A stretch of DNA of 21,746 bases from Eledone cirrhosa (Eukaryota). The notes beneath the pieces are model-generated. The model saw only the letters and a program-made list of their open reading frames with translations, ran no database searches and was not told the origin of the DNA. The position numbers and the translations under genes are program-made. Shown one piece after another: positions 12,801 through 21,746 of the stretch (positions are counted from its first letter, which is position 1; each line of letters opens with the position of its first letter). The DNA is taken from assembly GCA_964016885.1 (NCBI GenBank), contig CAXHJY010000816.1:1-21746 (forward strand). Direction: 5' to 3'.

Positions 12801-12845
12801 AATATTGCTGATGAGATGTAACAACATCGAAACTAGTCCAATATT
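12801..12845 (+). ncRNA. Minimal type I hammerhead ribozyme
   Basis: Stem I AATATTG(12801-07)/CAATATT(12839-45); core CTGATGA 12808-14; stem II GATGT/ACATC; GAAA 12829-32; palindromic ACTAGT stem III; GUC cleavage after C12838. Confidence 0.92.
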
Positions 12846-13266
12846 CCTTGTCTGGCTTTCTGGAGAATAGAGGAAAGGTGTTTCCTCGAAAACCAGTATG
12901 ACTCTAAAAACCGGTTTGTCTGTGTGTTTACATACAGAATAGCTGGACACTCACAGTAAAGTGTCCAGTGAAAAACTCGGTACATCTACATATGTACACG
13001 TGTGTGTATTCATATGCATACTAGTATTTCAGTATACATATGTGGATGTACATTTTTAATTTAATTGTTTAAGCGTCAGTCATACAAAAGTGAGTTACAA
13101 ACGAAACGAAATTTAATTTCGTTTCGTTATTTGTTTTTATCGTCTCCGCTGAACCGGTACGTACTCACGCTCTATGCAAATTAGTCTGCCCACTACTAAT
13201 TTTCATAGAAAAAGCATATAACGATATGTGCTTTTACGATTCTCTAGAAAGGCCGGAAGATAGGTA

Positions 13267-13311
13267 AATATTGCTGATGAGATGTAACAACATCGAAACT
13301 AGTCCAATATT
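13267..13311 (+). ncRNA. Minimal type I hammerhead ribozyme
   Basis: Identical copy in a 466-bp unit. Confidence 0.9.
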
Positions 13312-13732
13312 CCTTGTCTGGCTTTCTGGAGAATAGAGGAAAGGTGTTTCCTCGAAAACCAGTATGACTCTAAAAACCGGTTTGTCTGTGTGTTTACATA
13401 CAGAATAGCTGGACACTCACAGTAAAGTGTCCAGTGAAAAACTCGGTACATCTACATATGTACACGTGTGTGTATTCATATGCATACTAGTATTTCAGTA
13501 TACATATGTGGATGTACATTTTTAATTTAATTGTTTAAGCGTCAGTCATACAAAAGTGAGTTACAAACGAAACGAAATTTAATTTCGTTTCGTTATTTGT
13601 TTTTATCGTCTCCGCTGAACCGGTACGTACTCACGCTCTATGCAAATTAGTCTGCCCACTACTAATTTTCATAGAAAAAGCATATAACGATATGTGCTTT
13701 TACGATTCTCTAGAAAGGCCGGAAGATAGGTA

Positions 13733-13777
13733 AATATTGCTGATGAGATGTAACAACATCGAAACTAGTCCAATATT
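13733..13777 (+). ncRNA. Minimal type I hammerhead ribozyme
   Basis: Identical copy in a 466-bp unit. Confidence 0.9.
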
Positions 13778-14197
13778 CCTTGTCTGGCTTTCTGGAGAAT
13801 AGAGGAAAGGTGTTTCCTCGAAAACCAGTATGACTCTAAAACCGGTTTGTCTGTGTGTTTACATACAGAATAGCTGGACACTCACAGTAAAGTGTCCAGT
13901 GAAAAACTCGGTACATCTACATATGTACACGTGTGTGTATTCATATGCATACTAGTATTTCAGTATACATATGTGGATGTACATTTTTAATTTAATTGTT
14001 TAAGCGTCAGTCATACAAAAGTGAGTTACAAACGAAACGAAATTTAATTTCGTTTCGTTATTTGTTTTTATCGTCTCCGCTGAACCGGTACGTACTCACG
14101 CTCTATGCAAATTAGTCTGCCCACTACTAATTTTCATAGAAAAAGCATATAACGATATGTGCTTTTACGATTCTCTAGAAAGGCCGGAAGATAGGTA

Positions 14198-14242
14198 AAT
14201 ATTGCTGATGAGATGTAACAACATCGAAACTAGTCCAATATT
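14198..14242 (+). ncRNA. Minimal type I hammerhead ribozyme
   Basis: Identical copy in a 466-bp unit. Confidence 0.9.
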
Positions 14243-14663
14243 CCTTGTCTGGCTTTCTGGAGAATAGAGGAAAGGTGTTTCCTCGAAAACCAGTATGACT
14301 CTAAAAACCGGTTTGTCTGTGTGTTTACATACAGAATAGCTGGACACTCACAGTAAAGTGTCCAGTGAAAAACTCGGTACATCTACATATGTACACGTGT
14401 GTGTATTCATATGCATACTAGTATTTCAGTATACATATGTGGATGTACATTTTTAATTTAATTGTTTAAGCGTCAGTCATACAAAAGTGAGTTACAAACG
14501 AAACGAAATTTAATTTCGTTTCGTTATTTGTTTTTATCGTCTCCGCTGAACCGGTACGTACTCACGCTCTATGCAAATTAGTCTGCCCACTACTAATTTT
14601 CATAGAAAAAGCATATAACGATATGTGCTTTTACGATTCTCTAGAAAGGCCGGAAGATAGGTA

Positions 14664-14708
14664 AATATTGCTGATGAGATGTAACAACATCGAAACTAGT
14701 CCAATATT
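14664..14708 (+). ncRNA. Minimal type I hammerhead ribozyme
   Basis: Identical copy in a 466-bp unit. Confidence 0.9.
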
Positions 14709-15129
14709 CCTTGTCTGGCTTTCTGGAGAATAGAGGAAAGGTGTTTCCTCGAAAACCAGTATGACTCTAAAAACCGGTTTGTCTGTGTGTTTACATACAG
14801 AATAGCTGGACACTCACAGTAAAGTGTCCAGTGAAAAACTCGGTACATCTACATATGTACACGTGTGTGTATTCATATGCATACTAGTATTTCAGTATAC
14901 ATATGTGGATGTACATTTTTAATTTAATTGTTTAAGCGTCAGTCATACAAAAGTGAGTTACAAACGAAACGAAATTTAATTTCGTTTCGTTATTTGTTTT
15001 TATCGTCTCCGCTGAACCGGTACGTACTCACGCTCTATGCAAATTAGTCTGCCCACTACTAATTTTCATAGAAAAAGCATATAACGATATGTGCTTTTAC
15101 GATTCTCTAGAAAGGCCGGAAGATAGGTA

Positions 15130-15174
15130 AATATTGCTGATGAGATGTAACAACATCGAAACTAGTCCAATATT
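15130..15174 (+). ncRNA. Minimal type I hammerhead ribozyme
   Basis: Identical copy in a 466-bp unit. Confidence 0.9.
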
Positions 15175-15595
15175 CCTTGTCTGGCTTTCTGGAGAATAGA
15201 GGAAAGGTGTTTCCTCGAAAACCAGTATGACTCTAAAAACCGGTTTGTCTGTGTGTTTACATACAGAATAGCTGGACACTCACAGTAAAGTGCCCAGTGA
15301 AAAACTCGGTACATCTACATATGTACACGTGTGTGTATTCATATGCATACTAGTATTTCAGTATACATATGTGGATGTACATTTTTAATTTAATTGTTTA
15401 AGCGTCAGTCATACAAAAGTGAGCTACAAACGAAACGAAATTTAATTTCGTTTCGTTATTTGTTTTTATCGTCTCCGCTGAACCGGTACGTACTCACGCT
15501 CTATGCAAATTAGTCTGCCCACTACTAATTTTCATAGAAAAAGCATATAACGATATGTGCTTTTACGATTCTCTAGAAAGGCCGGAAGATAGGTA

Positions 15596-15640
15596 AATAT
15601 TGCTGATGAGATGTAACAACATCGAAACTAGTCCAATATT
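15596..15640 (+). ncRNA. Minimal type I hammerhead ribozyme
   Basis: Identical copy in a 466-bp unit. Confidence 0.9.
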
Positions 15641-16061
15641 CCTTGTCTGGCTTTCTGGAGAATAGAGGAAAGGTGTTTCCTCGAAAACCAGTATGACTCT
15701 AAAAACCGGTTTGTCTGTGTGTTTACATACAGAATAGCTGGACACTCACAGTAAAGTGTCCAGTGAAAAACTCGGTACATCTACATATGTACACGTGTGT
15801 GTATTCATATGCATACTAGTATTTCAGTATACATATGTGGATGTACATTTTTAATTTAATTGTTTAAGCGTCAGTCATACAAAAGTGAGTTACAAACGAA
15901 ACGAAATTTAATTTCGTTTCGTTATTTGTTTTTATCGTCTCCGCTGAACCGGTACGTACTCACGCTCTATGCAAATTAGTCTGCCCACTACTAATTTTCA
16001 TAGAAAAAGCATATAACGATATGTGCTTTTACGATTCTCTAGAAAGGCCGGAAGATAGGTA

Positions 16062-16106
16062 AATATTGCTGATGAGATGTAACAACATCGAAACTAGTCC
16101 AATATT
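16062..16106 (+). ncRNA. Minimal type I hammerhead ribozyme
   Basis: Identical copy in a 466-bp unit. Confidence 0.9.
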
Positions 16107-16326
16107 CCTTGTCTGGCTTTCTGGAGAATAGAGGAAAGGTGTTTCCTCGAAAACCAGTATGACTCTAAAAACCGGTTTGTCTGTGTGTTTACATACAGAA
16201 TAGCTGGACACTCACAGTAAAGTGTCCAGTGAAAAACTCGGTACATCTACATATGTACACGTGTGTGTATTCATATGCATACTAGTATTTCAGTATACAT
16301 ATGTGGATGTACATTTTTAATTTAAT

Positions 16327-16327
<1 letters not shown>

Positions 16328-16421
<94 letters not shown>

Positions 16422-16578
16422 GTATATATATATGTATATATATATATATATGTGTATATATGTATATATATATATATGTGTATATATATATGTATATATA
16501 TATGTATATATATATATATATGTGTATATATATATGTATATATATATATATGTGTATATATATATGTATATATATATG

Positions 16579-16609
<31 letters not shown>

Positions 16610-16678
16610 GTATATATGTATATATATATATATATATGTGTATATATATATATATATGTATATATATATGTATATATG

Positions 16679-16719
<41 letters not shown>

Positions 16720-16840
16720 GTATATATATGTGTATATATATATATATATGTATATATATATGTATATATATATATATATGTATATATATATGTATATATA
16801 TATATATATGTATATATATATGTATATGTATATATATATG

Positions 16841-16903
<63 letters not shown>

Positions 16904-16904
16904 G

Positions 16905-16939
<35 letters not shown>

Positions 16940-17054
16940 GTATATATATATATATATGTATATATATATGTATATATATATATATATGTATATATATATG
17001 TATATATATATATATGTATATATATATGTATATATATATATGTATATATATATG

Positions 17055-17088
<34 letters not shown>

Positions 17089-17091
17089 TAC

Positions 17092-17122
<31 letters not shown>

Positions 17123-17123
17123 C

Positions 17124-17186
<63 letters not shown>

Positions 17187-17305
17187 CATATATATATACA
17201 TATACATATATATATACATATATATATATATATACATATATATATACATATATATATATATACATATATATATACATATATATATATATATACATATATA
17301 TATAC

Positions 17306-17344
<39 letters not shown>

Positions 17345-17394
17345 CATATATACATATATATATACATATATATATATATATACACATATATATG

Positions 17395-17425
<31 letters not shown>

Positions 17426-17504
17426 GTATATATATATATATATGTATATATATATGTATATATATATATATATGTATATATATATGTATATGTATATATA
17501 TATG

Positions 17505-17553
<49 letters not shown>

Positions 17554-17574
17554 GTATATATATATGTATATATG

Positions 17575-17605
<31 letters not shown>

Positions 17606-17606
17606 G

Positions 17607-17657
<51 letters not shown>

Positions 17658-17658
17658 G

Positions 17659-17725
<67 letters not shown>

Positions 17726-17765
17726 GTATATATATATGTATATATGTATATATATATGTATATAC

Positions 17766-17802
<37 letters not shown>

Positions 17803-17813
17803 CATATATATAT
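16328..17813. repeat. (TA)n microsatellite with an internal inverted (TACA) block at ~17090-17387
   Basis: Direct reading; interruptions switch from G to C and back. Confidence 0.97.
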
Positions 17814-17940
17814 TGAGGACCGAGTAAGTTAGATCGCAGATATAAAAGACAGCGAGAAGCGAAAACCAACCAAACAGTGAGTGTGTTCTGTTATTAATTC
17901 TGGCAATATTACGCAAATATGACCCTCCCCAAATATAACA
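17814..17940 (+). mobile_element. 127-bp unique island, possible short solo LTR
   Basis: Begins TG, ends ACA, contains TATAAAAG at ~17841, ATAT on both sides (uninformative inside TA repeat). Confidence 0.3.
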
Positions 17941-17965
17941 ATATATATATATATATATGTATATA

Positions 17966-17997
<32 letters not shown>

Positions 17998-18001
17998 CAT
18001 G

Positions 18002-18032
<31 letters not shown>

Positions 18033-18100
18033 GTATATATATATATATATGTATATATATATGTATATATATATGTATATATATATGTATATGTATATAC

Positions 18101-18150
<50 letters not shown>

Positions 18151-18177
18151 GTATATCTATATATATATATATGTATA
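17941..18177. repeat. (TA)n/(TATG) microsatellite
   Basis: Direct reading. Confidence 0.95.
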
Positions 18178-18179
18178 TT

Positions 18180-19937
18180 TACTTATATACCTTACTGAAT
18201 AAATACCGCAACAGCTTAACCACAAAAGAGTTTAACTATATAAGCCACTTCAAATGCAATACAAGCTCTTTTTACGGCTTACCGAAACTCCACAAATGTA
18301 AACCCATAAACGATGCATGTGACACCTCAACCAACAATTACATTGAACTAACACCACCAGAAGACCTAAAACTCAGGCCAATTATAGCAGGCCCTACATG
18401 TGAAACCCACAGACTTAGCAACTTTCTGGACATCCTACTGAAACCCTTTCTACAACATATACAGAGCTACATACGAGATGACCTTGACATGCTGAAACAC
18501 CTCCCTAAAACAGTAAGTGCAAATACAATTCTTGTCTCCTTTGACGTAATAAACCTCTACACAAACATACCCCACAACTATGGAATAACAGCAGTCCAAT
18601 ACTGGCTTAACACACACCCATCAGAAATACCGACACGCATCAACAAAGATTTTATCACTGACGGACTCCGCTTTATCCTACAAAATAACTACTTCACATT
18701 CAATGGTTCAACATACAGACAAGTATCAGGTACGGCAATGGGCACGAAAGTAGCACCCACATATGCCAACCTAGTCATGGGATTCCATGAACAACAAATA
18801 TACAGTCAGTCCCTTCTCTTATTTGGAGACTCTTTCCACACACACCTCAAAGCCAATTGGAAAAGATATCTAGACGACTGCTTTATCCTATGGCAAGAAG
18901 ACATGAACTCACTTACTATGTTTAAAAACATGATAAACAACATAGATAATAACATACAATTCACAATGGAATCCAATCCCAAGGAATTAGCCTTCTTGGA
19001 TATTCTCATCTCTGTAATAGACGGGAAATTAGATACAGATATATTCTATAAACCCACAGATTCCAAGCAATACCTCTTTTTCACATCAAGTCACCCAAAA
19101 CATACAAAACTTAACATTCCTTACAATTTGGCCAAACGTATATGTACCATAGTATCAGATCCACCTAAACGGGAGCAAAGACTAAAAGACACCCTTATCT
19201 TAAGAGCCTTTCCACTTGAAATAATCAACAATGGAATAGACAGGGCAAAACACCTAAATCCCCATCAACTTAACAATCCAAAACAGAAAACCACACTCAA
19301 CACCCTGCCATATGTATCCATTTTCAACCCCAGAAATACCGAAATGTTTGATCACCTACACAAAAACCTCCCCATCCTACTTAAAGATGTAAAAATGAAG
19401 TCTATTCTTGAAACACACAAGATCCTTAAAAGTAAAAGACAACTCAAATCACTAAAACGCATTCTCACTGGACCAAATATACCCAAACCAATCCTCAACC
19501 CTACAGTTACCAAATGTGGTAGAACAAACTGTGGAACGTGCCTCAACCTCACTGAAGGACAAAAATTTACATTTAAAGATGGCCAAACATTTACAGTAAA
19601 AAACAATTTCACCTGCAACTCGGAGAACTTAATTTACGCAATAACTTGCGGTGGGTGCAAGCACAACTACATAGGACAGACGGGCCCCTCATTACGCAAA
19701 AGAATGACCATCCACCGCAAACAAAGCCGGGACGCTAACACAAGAAAAATCCGCTTGAGCAGCCATATTGCGAACTGCGCAGGAATGACACTACCCAACT
19801 TTAAAATCTTCCCCTTCTACAAGTGCTCAGATTCGTTCACACAGCAACAAAGAATAAACAAAGAAAATCTATTCCTTAACAAATTTAAACCAAAACTAAA
19901 CGGGTTACGGGTTATCACCCCAATAGAATTGTCATAA
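18180..19937 (+). CDS. Penelope-like element polyprotein (RT plus GIY-YIG endonuclease), 5'-truncated, Neptune-type
   Basis: [58 protein letters not shown]; Cys linker CGRTNCGTC; [24 protein letters not shown]. The ORF-track start at 17919 is only read-through of TA repeat. Confidence 0.93.
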   Translation, partial: YLYTLLNKYRNSLTTKEFNYISHFKCNTSSFYGLPKLHKCKPINDACDTSTNNYIELTPPEDLKLRPIIAGPTCETHRLSNFLDILLKPFLQHIQSYIRDDLDMLKHLPKTVSANTILVSFDVINLYTNIPHNYGITAVQYWLNTHPSEIPTRINKDFITDGLRFILQNNYFTFNGSTYRQVSGTAMGTKVAPTYANLVMGFHEQQIYSQSLLLFGDSFHTHLKANWKRYLDDCFILWQEDMNSLTMFKNMINNIDNNIQFTMESNPKELAFLDILISVIDGKLDTDIFYKPTDSKQYLFFTSSHPKHTKLNIPYNLAKRICTIVSDPPKREQRLKDTLILRAFPLEIINNGIDRAKHLNPHQLNNPKQKTTLNTLPYVSIFNPRNTEMFDHLHKNLPILLKDVKMKSILETHKILKSKRQLKSLKRILTGPNIPKPILNPTVTKCGRTNCGTCLNLTEGQKFTFKDGQTFTVKNNFTCNSENLIYAITCGGCKHNYIGQTGPSLRKRMTIHRKQSRDANTRKIRLSSHIANCAGMTLPNFKIFPFYKCSDSFTQQQRINKENLFLNKFKPKLNGLRVITPIELS

Positions 19938-20250
19938 TATATAAACACACATACGCACGGAGTGACAGATATATGTGTTTGTATGTGTGCATGTATATAA
20001 TTATCACTACTATTAAAGACCAGAGACCAATTCTGTAGAATCAGGTTTATTCGTTGACAGACCATGCCTTTGTGTGACCAACACATGCATGTTAAACCCT
20101 GCACGTGCACACACATATATCTATATATATATATGCGCACACAGAATTCACCACTGTCGGTTGCGGGGCCCAATCTACATGAAGAACTCAATGTGATCAG
20201 AATGGCTTGAATTTTAATTCCACTGTCGTAACTTCTTATATTATGGAAAA

Positions 20251-20475
20251 AATATATGTGTATGTATGTATATATATATATTGGGAGGTCATTTCTCTGT
20301 GTGTGGGTGTATGTATGTGTATATATGTGTGTGTGTGTGTGTGTGTTTGTATGTGTGTATGTATATATATGTGTGTGTGTGTGTATATATATATATGTGT
20401 GTGTATGTGCATATATGTGTGTGTGTATGTGTGTATGTATATGTATGTGTGTGTGTATGTATGTATCTATATGTG

Positions 20476-20542
<67 letters not shown>

Positions 20543-20553
20543 ATGTATATGTG
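20251..20553. repeat. Mixed (TG)n/(TA)n microsatellite
   Basis: Direct reading. Confidence 0.92.
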
Positions 20554-21044
20554 TGGATGAAGGTATTGTGTGTATATATAGGTGTAAGTGCACTAAATCC
20601 CTTTCTATCAATCTCCCCTCTCCTACCGACCACAGGGAGATATATGTATGTATATTGCTTCCACCCCCTCACTGATCAGCAGCTGGCCATCTGGCCATTG
20701 CTAAATCTGACCTTTATAAAATAACCCACACCCCCCAAATAACTTCTCATTCACTACCAGAAAGGCACACAGCAGTCAACTTGCGGCTACCAAGATGAAA
20801 ACTACTATGAAATCCCACAATGAATTTTATACTTGAATTTTCAAATCTCAAATTTTAACTCTTCTTATTATTAAATTTTCTTAATATTAATCAACATTTA
20901 AAAGATGGCTTTTGCAGACCCATCGAAACCGGTCATTTTTTATACCCTTTATTATTTCCTTACCTTATAAAATTATGTTTTTTCACAAAAAAGTATTCTG
21001 TCTCTTATATATTCCATGTGCCATTACCAACCTCAATTTTCTCT

Positions 21045-21574
<530 letters not shown>

Positions 21575-21746
21575 GGCGACTAAACTGGCAACCCCACCAA
21601 GGTTTCTTGGTGAGGAGGGTGACTTTGGACATCCTGCAGGACTAAAAACAAAACCTGTCAAAGGGCAAAGGAGCTCTTAAGAGTCAATGGCCATCCAAAA
21701 TCACCGGGAGAGATGACCCCTTAGCCTTTGTCAAGGCAGAATTCTA
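21575..21746. other. Terminus of another unidentified element (runs off window)
   Basis: Abrupt switch from TA to GC-richer, hairpin-containing sequence. Confidence 0.35.

Larger units (their letters stand above)
12578..16327 (+). repeat. 466-bp tandem array, right arm, inverted relative to the left arm (ribozyme sense on plus strand)
   Basis: GGATGTACATTTTT recurs at 12578, 13044, 13510, 13975, 14441, 14907, 15373, 15839, 16305: eight units plus 23 bp. Variants seen: 1-bp deletion ~13840, T>C 15293, T>C 15424. Confidence 0.97.
18180..21044 (+). mobile_element. Penelope-like retroelement with possible 3' non-coding region
   Basis: ORF as above; the 3' extent is uncertain and is extended to ~21044 only because of a decayed hammerhead-like motif at 20897-20934. 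Confidence 0.55.

Noticed and set aside
9928-16211. Repeated 60-aa ORF MSSYSVCKHT...
   Set aside because: GTG start, antisense to the ribozyme, no recognisable motif; it recurs only because the unit repeats
9358-16327. CRISPR-like array
   Set aside because: No variable spacers, 466-bp period, eukaryotic context
20672-20711. CTGATCA-stem-TAAA hammerhead-like motif
   Set aside because: Both core segments and the cleavage triplet deviate; too degenerate to call

Overview
Eukaryotic (animal) repeat-rich DNA with no host genes: mobile elements sit between long (TA)n/(TATG) microsatellite tracts. In order: (1) an apparently intact CR1/L2-group LINE (~37-4917). Its ORF1 has Myb/SANT-like and CCCH motifs, ORF2 is APE-RT, and a candidate -1 frameshift heptamer T TTT TTA joins them. 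(2) A ~628-bp tandem-plus-inverted repeat (5761-7068). (3) A 5'-truncated related LINE on the minus strand (7373-8350). (4) A ~7-kb head-to-head array of a near-identical 466-bp unit (9358-16327). Every unit carries a minimal type I hammerhead ribozyme (15 copies) within a hairpin-rich sequence, so this is a retrozyme-like, putative circular-RNA element whose layout fits twin-primed rolling-circle reverse transcription. (5) A 127-bp TG...CA island. (6) A 5'-truncated Penelope-like (Neptune-type) RT/GIY-YIG element (~18180-19937) with a decayed hammerhead-like motif downstream. (7) The structured start of another element at the right edge. The Ile/Tyr-rich ORFs are microsatellite artefacts. Family names come from motif recognition by eye, not database searches.
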